Shown: one piece after another, positions 50,870 through 64,000 of the stretch | How positions within the stretch are numbered: position 1 is the stretch's first letter | Layout of the letters: each line of letters opens with the position of its first letter | Assembly: GCF_964355755.1 (NCBI RefSeq) | Contig: NC_092680.1 | Location: 3,906,001-3,970,000 of the forward strand | Direction of reading: 5' to 3' | Length of the DNA stretch: 64,000 nt | Source of the DNA: Antedon mediterranea | Taxonomy: Eukaryota > Animalia > Echinodermata | Position numbers and translations under genes: made by a program | The notes under the pieces: model-generated | Told to the model about the DNA's origin: nothing | Databases searched by the model: none | Seen by the model: the letters and a program-made list of their open reading frames with translations, nothing else

Positions 50870-53800
50870 ATACTATAGTACATTTTCGGAAAATAAACAA
50901 TTTTCGACCGTTTTGTTTTTTTACCGAAACTGGTTACTATGACTCTATAAGATGATGATAACGCAATATATGCGTATATATGGCAATATTAGTGCATAAC
51001 AATTGAATCTGCGCAGAACCTAATATTCGACTCTGCGCATGTTTATTATGCTATAGTAACTATTTATATCATAAAATAAAAGGGTCGAAAAATTGCAATT
51101 TTTCGAACATTTCCCTGTACTATAGTACAGGGATTATTTCGAAAAATAGCACAATTTCGACCTTTTTATTTTCCGATAAAACTGGTTACTATAGCATAAT
51201 TAACATGCGCAGAACCCATTATTCGACTCTGCGCATGTTCATTTTGCTGCAGTAACCATTTATGTCAAAAAATAGATGAAACTGGTTACTATAGCATAAT
51301 TAACATGCGCAGAACCTAATATTCGACTCTGCGCATGTTTATTTTGCTATAGTAACCATTTATGTAAAAAAATAGATAAAACTGGTTACTATAGCATAAT
51401 TGACATGCGCAGAACCTAATATTCGACTCTGCGCATGTTTATTTTGCTATAGTAACCATTTATGTAAAAAAATAGATAAAACTGGTTACTATAGCATAAT
51501 TGACATGCGCAGAACTTAATATTCGACTCTGCGCATGTTTATTATGCTATAGTAACTATTTATATCATAAAATAAAAGGGTCGAAAAATGGCTATTTTTC
51601 GAAAATTTCCCTGTACTATAGTACAGGAATTTTTTCGAAAAATAGCAAAATTTCGAATTTTTTATTTTCCGATAAAACTGGTTACTATAGCATAATTAAC
51701 ATGCGCAGAACCCAATATTCGACTCTGCACATGTTTATTTTGCTATAGTAACCATTTATGTCAAAAAATAGATAAAACTGGTTACTATATCATAATTGAC
51801 ATGCGCAGAACCTAATATTCGAATCTGCGCATGTTTATTATGCTATAGTAACTATTTATATAATAAACTAAAAGGGTCGAAAAATTGCAATTTTTCGAAC
51901 ATTTCCCTGTACTATAGTACAGGGATTATTTCGAAAAATAGCACAATTTCGACCTTTTTATTTTCCGATAAAACTGGTTATTATAGCATAATTAACATGC
52001 GCAGAACCCATTATTCGACTCTGCGCATGTTCATTTTGCTTTAGTAACCATTTATGTCAAAAAATAGATGAAACTGGTTACTATAGCATAATTAACATGC
52101 GCAGAACCTAATATTCGACTCTGCGCATGTTTATTTTGCTATAGTAACCATTTATGTAAAAAAATAGATAAAACTGGTTACTATAGCATAATTGACATGC
52201 GCAGAACCTAATATTCGACTCTGCGCATGTTTATTTTGCTATAGTAACCATTTATGTAAAAAAATAGATAAAACTGGTTACTATAGCATAATTGACATGC
52301 GCAGAACTTAATATTCGACTCTGCGCATGTTTATTATGCTATAGTAACTATTTATATCATAAAATAAAAGGGTCGAAAAATGGCTATTTTTCGAAAATTT
52401 CCCTGTACTATAGTACAGGAATTTTTTCGAAAAATAGCAAAATTTCGAATTTTTTATTTTCCGATAAAACTGGTTACTATAGCATAATTTACATGCGCAG
52501 AACCCAATATTCGACTCTGCGCATGTTTATTTTGCTATAGTAACCATTTATGTCAAAAAATAGATAAAACTGGTTACTATATCATAATTTACATGCGCAG
52601 ATCCTAATATTCGAATCTGCGCATGTTTATTATGCTATAGTAACTATTTATATCATAAACTGAAAGGGTCGAAAAATGGCATTTTTTCGAAAATTTCCCT
52701 GTACTATAGTAGGCCTACAGGGATTATTTCGAAAAATAGCAAAATTTCGACCTTTTTATTTTCCGATAAAACTGGTTACTATAGCATAATTAACATGCGC
52801 AGAACCCAATATTCGACTCTGCGCATGTTCATTTTGCTATAGTAACCATTTATTTTATTTTATTTTTATTTTATTTTATTCAATCAAAACCAACAGCGAT
52901 AAATACCGCCACTAACAGGTTTGAAACATAAAACAATACAACATCAAAAACGGTTAACAATAAAATACAGATAAAAAAATAGATAAAACTGGTTACTATA
53001 GCATAATTGACATGCGCAGAACCTAATATTCGAATCTGCGCATGTTTATTATGCTATAGTAACTATTTATATCATAAACTAAAAGGTTCGAAAAATTGCA
53101 ATTTTTCGAACATTTCCCTGTACTATAGTACAGGGATTATTTAGAAAAATAGCACAATTTCGACCTTTTTATTTTCCGATAAAACTGGTTACTATAGCAT
53201 AATTAACATGCGCAGAACCCATTATTCGACTTTGCGCATGTTCATTTTGCTGTAGTAACCATTTATGTCAAAAAATAGATGAAACTGGTTACTATAGCAT
53301 AATTAACATGCGCAGAACCTAATATTCGACTCTGCGCATGTTTATTTTGCTATAGTAACCATTTATGTAAAAAAATAGATAAAACTGGTTACTATAGCAT
53401 AATTGACATGCGCAGAACCTAATATTCGACTCTGCGCATGTTCATTATGCTATAGTAGCTATTTATATCATAAAATAAAATGGTCGAAAAATGGCCATTT
53501 TTAGAAAATTTCCCTGTACAGGGATTTTTTTGAAAAATAGCAAAATTTTGACTTTTTTATTTTCTGATAAAACTGGTTACTATAGCATAATTAACATGCG
53601 CAGAACCCATTATTCGACTCTGCGCCTGTTTATTTTGCTATAGTAACCATTTATGTCAAAAAATAGATGAAACTGGTTACTATAGCATAATTAACATGCG
53701 CAGAACCTAATATTCGACTCTGCGCATGTTTATTTTGCTATAGTAACCATTTATGTCAAAAAATAGATAAAACTGGTTACTATAGCATAATTGACATGCG

Positions 53801-54665
53801 CAGAACCTAATATTCGACTCTGCGCATGTTTATTATGCTATAGTAACTATTTATATCTTAAAATAAAAGGGTCGAAAAATGGCAATTTTTCGAAAAATTT
53901 TATAGTAAAGGATTTTTTCGACAAATTGCAACATTTCGACCTTTTTATTTTCCGATAAAACTGGTTACTAAAGCATAATTAACATGCACAGAACCCAATA
54001 TTCGACTCTGCGCATGTTTATTTTGCTATAGTAGCCATTTACGTCAAAACATAGATAAAACTGGTTACTATAGCATAATTGAAATGCACAGAACCTAATA
54101 TTTGACTCTGCGCATGTTTATTATGCTATAGTAACTATTTATATCATAAAATAAAAGGGTCGAAAAATGGCAATTTTTCGAAAATTTCCCTGTACTATAG
54201 TACAGAGAAATTTTCGAAATATGACCAAATTTCGACCTTTTTATTTTTTACCAAAACTGGTTACTTTAACTCTATAAGATAATGATGACGCAATATATAC
54301 GCATATATGGCAATATTATTGCATAATAATTGCATTTTAAAAAGTGGACATTTTGGCCACTTTTGGAAAAATCCCTGTACTACAGTACAGGTAAATTTTC
54401 GAAAAAGGACCAAATTTTGACCCTTTTTTTAAAACCAAAACTGGTTACTATGACTCTATAAGATATACACGCATATATGGCAATATTATTGCATAATAAT
54501 TGCATTTTAAAAAGTGACAATTTTGACCATTTTTGGAAAATCTGGAAATTTTCAAAAAAAGATCAAATTTCGATCCTTTTATTTGTTGACAAAACTGATT
54601 ACTATGACTATAAGATTATGATATGTGCATTTAAAACAATATTATTGCATAATAATTGAATTTTA
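50870..54665. repeat. Higher-order tandem array of two palindromic units (100-bp unit A, ~96-bp unit B) with a third unit type at both edges
   Basis: Unit A is GGTTACTATAGCATAATTAACATGCGCAGA-14 nt loop-TCTGCGCATGTTTATTTTGCTATAGTAACC (~23 copies). Unit B is an imperfect palindrome centred on CTGTACTATAGTACAG (~10 copies). There is a 792-bp superperiod (for example 51500 versus 52292). Confidence 0.95.
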
Positions 54666-54861
54666 AAAAGAGACTTTGGCCGTTTTTTAAATACATGGAA
54701 ATTAAAAAACAAAATGTGAAAATTTCAACCCTTTTAATTTGTCTATAAATTCCTCTACTGTACACACATTATTCATTGCGTCAATGCTAATGTAGTTGCC
54801 ATATTTATACAAAAATCCCTTAATTGAGTTATTAATTAGAAATGGAGGGATTCTGCATTAT

Positions 54862-55076
54862 CATGGCAATCTAACAACAGGATTCTGTACTTCACAGATC
54901 AAAGTGTTTATCTGTGGCTGCGACATGATCCGTTCCTTAATAGATCTGTAAAGAATATGTACAGTACAGTACTGTTAGTACAGTATTTGTCGCAGCCAGA
55001 CACAAGATCAAAGGGCTGTTACGAATTTCTATCTTGGCGAGGCGAGCTCAGGATCCTGTTGTTAGATTTCCTTGGT
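54862..55076. mobile_element. MITE-like element with TIR AATCTAACAACAGGAT; right-end fragment also at ~56445-56540
   Basis: Inverted termini and a second partial copy containing GGCGAGCTCAG...CCTGTTGTTA. Confidence 0.55.
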
Positions 55077-55164
55077 AGATAATTATTAATTCTAGTTCCA
55101 TAGGCTATAAACCGAAAGCTATTTTTTAGATGATAAAAGTAGAATAAATTCAATATTGTAACAA

Positions 55165-58100
55165 TTATTGATAGAACAGAGATATAAGGACCAGTGCCGT
55201 TATAAACACGTTTCTAACATTAATATTTAGTCTAGTGGCGCTATTATTACCAGTTTCCATGACGTCACCCCATCGATCACGTGATCCGTTGTTTGGCGCT
55301 GGATCCAGATTTAAAATCTCGCACATCATTGGATAGATATCGACCTGTCAAAATGAATGTTCAAACGTTCTATAACACAGTTGACAAAATGCAATGTATG
55401 TGAACATATTGCATAATAATTTAGTTCTGAAAAAAATCCGTATTAACATAGAGATATAGTAAATTTTAATCTTAGTATCGCTAAAGACTGAGGTGCATAG
55501 CACAGGATTTTTTAAAAAGGAAAACATTTCGAAAGGTCGAAATCTTGGGTTTGGACCGGACGGGATGACACGCAATCTACTTTGGTGATTTTTCACAACT
55601 TTTCATATTGTGGGTCATTTTCTAATAATACTGCACACGATATTCTAAGAAAAAAAAAATTTCTTCTTGCTAGACATGAAACCGCACCAGAATCAGTTAT
55701 AATATCAATATTACGGTACTTACTCCTTCAAAAGGGGCTGATATGTGATTCTTTTTGAACCTCGGTCCCATTGCGTAGAAGATAGGCTGCATCGATTGCT
55801 CGTGATTGTCAAAGCCATGGTCTCCAATAACACTGTTTACCTTTTTCCACGCCTGTATGCAAATTTGTATGAAAATTCAATAACATATATTTTGATACAA
55901 TATACATGTGCTTTTTATTTCCAAATCTCCTAAAAATAATTCTATATCAGTATTTAATTAATGATGATCCTAGTTAACCTAAACTTACGATACATTATGT
56001 TACCCTTTCACAGGTAAGATTGTGATTGTATACGATGTATGCAAATTTAAGCCATTTTTGTGTATATATTTATATATATAAACACAACAGGCAAAGAACA
56101 TTAATTCTAACCGCCCGGTGATATACTGAAATTCACTAGGACGCAGTGCAAAGAACTAAACGCAAGCGAGTTGACCAGTGACAAGCGACAGTTCGAATAA
56201 TACATCGCTTGTGATTGGTCAAATCCTTTACGTTACATTGCGCCCCGTAATTTAGAATACGTACGGTGTGAACGTGCCATGTTAGGTCAACGTATCCAAC
56301 TATTGGTAGAATTCTGTCGTTGTTTGAGTAATGGAAATGCTGTGGCAATTCTTCTTTCCAATACACATGCATATGTTCGTGGGCATGCTTGAGATTATTA
56401 TACACCTTTAAGATAAAAAGTAAAACAAAAGGTACATAGTACAGTACTGTTGGTATTTGTCGCAACCAGACATAAGATCAAAGGACTGTTACGTGTCTTG
56501 ATTAGGCGAGCTCAGTGTCCTGTTGTTAAATTTGCCTTGGTATTATCAAGAGTGCCTATGTTGATGTTTCTACAGAAAAGGTAAGGTTGCCAAAAGCTAC
56601 TGGGAAACACTTTTATTCGGGCGGATGGATAGTGGTTTGTGATAGCACATAGATACTGTTACTGCTGACTATTTTACCTCATTCATTTTATCTTGTTTCG
56701 GTAGTAACTGGAAAGTTGGTCCATAATTAGCCATCATAAAATCCATATCGTCTCTTCTGACGTAACTATTAAGTTCAATATAGTTTTTATAAACATAATT
56801 ATGGAATCCATGGTCGGCAGTGATGATTATGTTAACATAATCCAGCATGTCCTCTTCCTTCAACCTGTCCAACATATGCTTCAATAAATCGTCAATTATT
56901 TTCAGGCTATTATTTGCGCGCGCAGAACCAACTCCAAATTTATGTAATTTATCGTCTGGTTCTCCAAAATACGTCATCACTAAGTCTAGATCATCCTTTT
57001 TTAGCCAGTCTATCGCCATGTCCATTTTAGACGTAAACGGAATTTCTTCTGAAGAGTTTACACGTGTTGGTCGTATTCCTTTAATGGAAACATCTCCTCC
57101 AGGATATCGCATAGTTCCAGCCGTTAGACCTAAACAATATGTATACAAATATCAACATTATTTGCATATAAAACTATCATTAACGCATGATGACATATAT
57201 TTTGTTGCTGAATTTTATTTCTAAAAAGTACGAAAACTTAAATTGTGTTAATGTGTTTCTTGGTTTCTTAAGACTCCCCATTTAAAGATGTATTGATTAA
57301 TTAAATCAAACTTTGGATAGGTATTTTGTAGTTTTAATAAAGTTAATCACTTCCATATTCACTTATAAAATGACAAATAAATGGTTAAATTTGACCAAAA
57401 CCCCACTGCCAATTTGACTATTTTTTGCTTAAATTACTGTTTTTTAGGTAAATACATTTTTTTCGGTGAAATTGTTTTGTCAAAGACGATAACTATTATG
57501 TGACATTAAAATGGAATATCTAACAAAAAATAAAAGGGGGACAATATATCGCTAATATATTTCTAAAACACTGGAGATAAATACACGAGCATTACTGCAC
57601 TACAAACAAATATAATTATGATGTATACCAGTATGCAAAACGACAAATATCACCTTGTTGTATCGCTGTAACCCAGATTGGTTCAGCTCCTGTGTCAAAC
57701 CACTTTTGAACAGTTAGCGATGCAGAATATGTCAAGGTTCGGTTACCAGTTTCGGCATCGAATGCTAAGTTATGAATAGCACCATGACTTTCAGCGTATA
57801 ACCCTAGTTAGTTTACAACGATAGACACAACATATCATTATTTAAATTGACAAATTGTTTACTCTGGAAAGTCAACCAAAAGGTGTTCCTTTTAGTATAA
57901 AAAGAAGAGACATCCCGTCATGTCTTGGTTTCTGCTCCAGCTTTATTGTGATGATGGGCATTGGCATTTTGAAACTCCAGTTCCATGAGATACAGTAGTC
58001 TACGACCCCGAGTACAACTACCCTTTACCAATTCTACCTACTGGGCCACCTGATTATTCTTGTTTTACTATTATTATGTACAGTCTGGTTTTTAAGAAAC

Positions 58101-58815
58101 CAGGATCATTGGTGACGGTTTAGCACATCAACGCATGCGCAATATTAAATGTATTCTTTGTAGGCCCGTATGAAGAAAGACAAACAACACCGTCGCCACC
58201 TTGTTGTCGTAGGCTTACTTACCTGTGGCAATCGTGTACATATTCGGTAGTGACATCGTCGGGAACACTGGAATCAAATATTCTGCCTTCACCCCCATTT
58301 CTTCAATGTATTTAAATGTCGGTAAGTCATTACCGAATAAATCCCATCGCATTCCATCTGATAGAACTAATAGAATCTTATCCTATAGTAAAATAAGAGC
58401 AAGCCTATATGATACAGTTTTATTATCTTATTTGTATATTAAGTTATTTTTATAAATAAAAGAATTATGTTCGCAATCAAACTGAGTAATTCTCGTACGT
58501 ATGCCTGGGCAGAGACAATACAAATATGGCTTAAACTAACCATAATATCTGTCTCACTATTATTGTAATGACGACGTTTTTGCGAGAAAATGTCGAAGAA
58601 TGTTCAAAACGAAAGAGAGATCTTGACAAGTTTATGGACTGAATCTCACCTGTGGGTATCCTATGTTTATTATTTCCAAGATCAATAACTATAATCATAA
58701 AATAACAATACTGTAGGCCTATTACATACTTATGTGTTTTCTTCTTACAGGTGGAAACGCCCAAAAAACACACACAGTGAACTAATGTTATCGTTGTCAC
58801 ATACAATGACTTCAT
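55165..58815 (-). CDS. ENPP7-like: Ectonucleotide pyrophosphatase/phosphodiesterase, ENPP7 (alkaline sphingomyelinase)-like, copy A (~433 aa)
   Basis: Exons 58815-58726 (signal peptide, donor less certain), 58382-58223 (LSDGMRW, FPTMSLPNMYTIATG), 57803-57654 (ESHGAIHN, EPIWVTA), 57129-56678 (YFGEPDDKLH, TADHG), 56405-56265, 55852-55724 (DHGFDN), 55344-55165 (hydrophobic C-terminus). All metal-ligand motifs are present. Confidence 0.88.
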
Positions 58816-60036
58816 GCCACCAAATGGCATTAACTCTCCACAACAATAATATAAGTATATATATAGTTATTATCTAATAATATTACTGTAATAGCAAAAA
58901 GTTTGACTATACCTTCGAATGAACACCGTGTGCTGCTGCCAATATTATCAAAGCGATTTGCAAAACCTGTAAATGGCTGGCCATTTTTGTTTGAACAGGA
59001 AGTATGAGCAATGTTCATTAGAAAATAAATGTCTTATCCTGAATCAAATACCAGTACAAATGCCGAACTGTACTGTTTCCACTTGCTTTCAGGTTAAAGT
59101 ACAGTAAATTAAATAATACTTGAAACGTGCTAATTGTACGGATGATTACTTTTATCTTTATTAATCGGGCACATGATAGAGAAATTGCTTATTTGTTCAT
59201 ATTGTTATCAAAAGCATTGTGAAAAATTATCAGCAAAAACAGAGTACACAAAATAATCGCCGGTGAAGAGGAGGAAGCTTGTCAGTAAAACAATTAGGGC
59301 TACCAGACAACACACATACCTGTAGGCCTATACCGTTGTGTATGCATGCTTGCAAAATGTATTATAATCAGCAATATATATTTTAACTATCTAGTCTAGT
59401 ATGTAAACTGTTATATAACACTCTCCATTTAGTTACCCATCCATTAGTAATACAAGGAATATATTAATATGTCCATATGCTTAATTGTTGAAAGAAGAAC
59501 GTATGTAGTACTCCTTCAACTTTGCACGTTTAGAGATTTGGAGATTCATCTTAATGAAAATGAAAGAAAAAGGAACAATATTATAGGCCTAACACTACTG
59601 TAATATTAATCGGTTAGGTTCGAATACGAACATAAACACGATGACGATGATAATAAAGTTGGTTTATTTGTTTCACTACCGTATATCTGATACTACTTAT
59701 CTGATGAGATAAAAATACAAAAAGGTGTAAGCACTATTACACTCACTAGTTATGTGACCATGAATATTTGTTACTTAACAAAAGGTACCTTTGTTTGATT
59801 GTCGCATGTATGATTTTTGCACGATAACCTCACACTTGTCAAGTTATCTTTCTGAATTTAATAACTACACATTATTGTGTTGCTGACGTTACAAAACAAA
59901 AAAATCTCGAGTTATCTGTATCTTCAAAATCAATAAATTGCCCGCCCTCTGTCGGTCCAGAATTTCCAATATTATTTTCTCTCATTATCATTATCGAAAT
60001 ATAACAATAGCCTACACTACAGTATTACACCATAAC

Positions 60037-62731
60037 TTAAACTAATGCTAAATAAAATAAAGCGATAACTATGAAAGCTCTAAATGCAGAGTCGTGAACA
60101 TAGTCTGCCGAATTGGTACCTATTTGTAGCATGTTGACGTAGTTGCCTCTTGAACCGTTGTTGGCAGAAGGAATGATCCCCAGGAGCTCACACATCAATG
60201 GGTACACATTTACCTGTGAATGATAACACATTTAAAAGACACCTTTTTAAATTATAACTGTTATATTGTAATACCAAAAGTAGAATTAAAACAAAGAATG
60301 TTACTGTTTTAGCAATTGTAATTAATTGATTAATTAATTAATAGACTTGTTTCTTATATTGTATTGATAGGTTCTATTTCTTTATGAGTACATTTCACTA
60401 AAAGTTATTTGAGGTAGTCGCGGAAGCTACTACCACGCAGATTGCTCATTACGCATGTTGAAGATTGCAACAATTTATAAAAATTATCAAAGAACCTCAT
60501 TCAATAGAAACATATAAACATCAAGAAACACAACTTAATTTCATAGCAGTTAAGAAACTGAATTGAGAAAAGAATGTTTACCGATTCAAAGTTTGGCGAT
60601 CTAAAGCCCGACTTAAAAGCAGGACCTTTGGCATAGAAAATGGATTTCATCAGCATCCATTGATTATCGTATCCGTGATCAGACTTCCATCCGTCGTCTG
60701 GTGTAGAATTCTAATCAAATAATCAGAAAACATAATAATTTTTTTTAAACTCATGCTAAGTTAGTGTTAATGGGTAAGTAACTCTTTGTATTTGCCTAGA
60801 AAAAAGATTGGAAATAATATGAAAAAAATAAACGATATGAATGCGATTAAAAAAAACACCGTTTATATATTTTTTAAGAATGGAACTTCCAAGCAAGTTT
60901 TATTGAAGATAAAAGTAATGAAACATTGTACATTGTCATTTTACTACTAACTACCACAATTTTACTACTACCATTTTCTCCTGTGTGTTTTAGTCTCCGA
61001 ATATATGATACATCTCATCTACTGAATACGCATGTGAATTGACTAAATGATGTTATTCAATTGACCATTAAAAGTTGTATTAATTAAATTATTTAATCAC
61101 CGGGCGGTGTAGAATCCATTTCTATGCATCTCGTGTACTTTAGTCTTTTTACATCAATAGAAAAAGCAAACTTACTAAATGGAGACTCCATCCGATATCG
61201 ACAAATCCAATTATTGGTAGAATTCTAGGGTGGTTGGCATAATGGAGACGCGTAGGAAAATCTTTTTTTTGGAAAACATATAAGGCAGGATGAGCATTCG
61301 ATAGTTGTTCATATATCTGATAAAACAACATAATTATGTACACATTCAAAGAACAATGGGTATTTAAGTTATGATTTCTATTTAAAATCTATCCCTCTTT
61401 AAGTTTTTGTTACACTTCCCTAAGTCTAGTTATTGAAAGTGAATTACTATGCATATTTGTTCGCAACTGATTTCAGCTCAAGTATATACGTATCTAGATT
61501 GGATTTGCTACAAAAATATTAAGTTTTCTTCCATTCTAGCATGAATACTGTTAATATTCCTTCCCCCCTCCCCAATAATTTCCTCTTAACATAAAACATT
61601 GATAACAATTGTATACCTTATCGAGGCGTCCTTCCTTGGGCATAATTTGTACAATTGGTCCATAATCACCAACTACAAATTCGAAATCACCTTCATCTAC
61701 GTAGTCGTATAACATCACGTCTTTTTTGACGTCTTGATTCACGTGACCATGGTCGCTAACAATTATTACATTCAAAACATTAGTCAGAGACGCTTCATCA
61801 ATTTGCTCGAACATGTAACCTATTACGTCATCCACTTCGCGTAATTGAGCATCTGTTCTGGGGTCCCCAATACCATATGAGTGAAGGGCGCCATCAGGCT
61901 GGTTAAAGTACAACATAACCAAGTCAAAGTCGTCGTTGGTTAACCAATTGATAGCGTCATCAACACGTTGCTTCAATCCGTAATGTTGAAATGCCCACCA
62001 CGTGTTTGGAATATCTTTCGTCGGTTTTACGCCTTTTATTGCAACACTTCCACCAGGGTAGTTTATTGTACCAGCTTTAAGACCCTGGTTGATTGCTGTC
62101 ACCCATATTGGTTCACAAGACCCTGTGTCAAAAAACTCCGTAACATTCAGCGTGTCAAAAAATCCAGAAGTCCTATTCTTGTATTCCACATTCCAATAGA
62201 CGTTATGAACTACACCATGCGACTCTTGGTATAATCCTAAAACAAACCAATAAGCGGCACAGTAGAATGAAAATGTCTGAATCACGGCAGTAGAAAATAC
62301 TACAATTGCCGCAGTCAATAATCACTGTCGAATAAGCGCCGCGCCGCAAGTGCACTCAAAAGAAGTAACCCATCGCCGTTGATAAGCACTGAACACTCTA
62401 CTGAAACTTTCCATTATTATTAACGCTGCAACGATCATTTGATAATCTAATATTATTGTACGTACTACGATACACATGGAGTATAAACATGAGCGGAATT
62501 GTACTAAGATGGGTTTTTTTTTATACTATATGCCTATTATTTGTTCATTGTTATGATTGGTTTACCTGTAGATATCGTTGTCATACTCGCTGAAGACAGG
62601 GTAACAAACGAACCGTCCATCCAATCAGCTTTCACTCCGGTGTCTTGGATATTCTTAAAATGTGGCAAATCGAGTCCATAATGATCCCATCTCATTCCAT
62701 CTGATAGTACGACCAGCACTTTGGACTTTTC
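60037..62731 (-). CDS. ENPP7-like: ENPP7-like phosphodiesterase, copy B (signal-peptide exon not located)
   Basis: Exons 62731-62566 (LSDGMRW, FVTLSSASMTTISTG), 62236-61617 (ESHGVVHN, YFNQPDGALH, VSDHG), 61316-61176, 60710-60582 (DHGYDN), 60213-60037 (hydrophobic C-terminus). Phases are consistent. Confidence 0.88.
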
Positions 62732-63708
62732 CTATTAAATGTACAGGTAAATAATTTGGATTATAAATAAGTGCACAAATAGTGAGAAATATTTGAATAT
62801 TACATGGCACGATGTTAAAGTTAGCAAAGCGCGCCTGCGTACGCCCGGTCATGTTGTTCTGAAAAGGCCCAACACCGTACTTTTCATATCTACCTAAGGT
62901 ATAAACAGTGCTGGCCCGGGAACAAAAAAGATTTTACCAGAAAGTTTGAATTACAAGCTAATAAACCCGGAAAATATTGTGTATGATAATAAAATACTAA
63001 TGTTTATTTAAACGGGTGGGTTCATAGTATTCAATACGAAATAATCATTAAAAAAAATCGGCCATTTTAAACTCATCTTACCAATTGTAAAATGGTATAC
63101 TGTAGGCCTATATTCCGTCTTTTTAAATGCAACAAAAATACCCAACTATATCATGATTATTATACACTATTTGAATTATAGTTTTTAAACCTGTCAATGT
63201 TTGCAAGTCATGGAAAATTAGATTCTTTAACACTCGGCCTTCTGTACCATCAGAAAAACAATTTCAATCATAACGTGGGTTGTTTTCATGCAACGGCGTA
63301 TCAATGCTTTTAAAATGATATAGCTGTTTTATGATATTTAAACCCTGTAACTAACCTTGTAGAATGATTCTAAGAAAGAATATGAACAAACAGTTTATGA
63401 TTATGGATTAGGACTAAGGTAATGTCAATGGACTACCACAATAAACACCGGTGACAAAAAAGAAATAAAGAAAGAGGAAAACTAAACAAACCCTATTGTT
63501 GCAGAGTTTGATGTCATGAACAACCCGAATTGAAACATAGAAAAAGAAGAATACACTAAAAAACTGCACAATGAATGCACACTGAACTTGAAATCAATAC
63601 TATTTTTTATGTTATATGCTCTGCATTTTCCCTATTATTATCATTTTTGAAAAGCTACCATTCACGGCACTTTATGCGATTTTCCATTCAACGAATCAAT
63701 TGAATGTT

Positions 63709-64000
63709 GAATGCAGCTTTATTCATACATGTAGGTTACCCAGTGCTATGCACTCTGTCTTAAATAAATACGATGTTACGAAACAAGAGGGAATGCAGCT
63801 TTATTCATACTTGTAGGTTACCCAGTGCCATGCACTCTGTCTTAAATAAATACGATGTTACGAAACAAGAGTGAATGCAGCTTTATTCATACTTGTAGGT
63901 TACCCAGTGCTATGCACTCTGTCTTAAATAAATACGATGTTACGAAACAAGTGTGAATGCAGCTTTATTCATACTTGTAAGTTACAGTGTTATGCACTCT
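63709..64000. repeat. 82-bp tandem repeat, at least 3.5 copies, running to the window end
   Basis: GAATGCAGCTTTATTCATAC starts at 63709, 63791, 63873 and 63955. Confidence 0.95.

Noticed and set aside
51500-52540. Three similar 82-aa ORFs (MTCAELNIRLC...)
   Set aside because: By-products of the tandem array, with no coding signature.
50870-54665. CRISPR-like appearance of regularly spaced palindromic repeats
   Set aside because: The intervening sequences are themselves repeated rather than unique spacers, there are no cas genes, and the context is eukaryotic.
63430-63500. Hydrophobic - strand frame (RVCLVFLFLYFFFVTGVYC) as the signal-peptide exon of ENPP copy B
   Set aside because: No in-frame ATG after the upstream stop and no convincing phase-0 donor. 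The first exon may lie outside the window.

Overview
AT-rich, intron-containing animal genomic DNA from an invertebrate; an echinoderm-like deuterostome is my inference only. In order, the window holds: the last exon of an unidentified + strand gene; a probable non-autonomous Helitron; a complete myosin regulatory light chain gene (- strand); three tandem, apparently intact + strand adhesion GPCR genes; a ~3.8 kb higher-order array of two alternating DNA hairpin units; and two tandem ENPP7-like ectoenzyme genes (- strand). The GPCR ectodomains are made only of SRCR domains (5, 14 and 6), followed by a compact GAIN region, a GPS and a 7TM. The most striking system is this SRCR-adhesion-GPCR cluster. 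It has one phase-1/1 exon per SRCR domain, a 9-fold mosaic exon amplification in the middle gene, a GPS with one disulfide missing, an altered TM2/TM3 polar motif, and a Penelope-type minimal hammerhead ribozyme motif in an intron of the amplified array. Introns carry many MITE, SINE, LINE and HINE relics. All exon coordinates were read by eye from GT-AG sites and reading frame, without transcript data.
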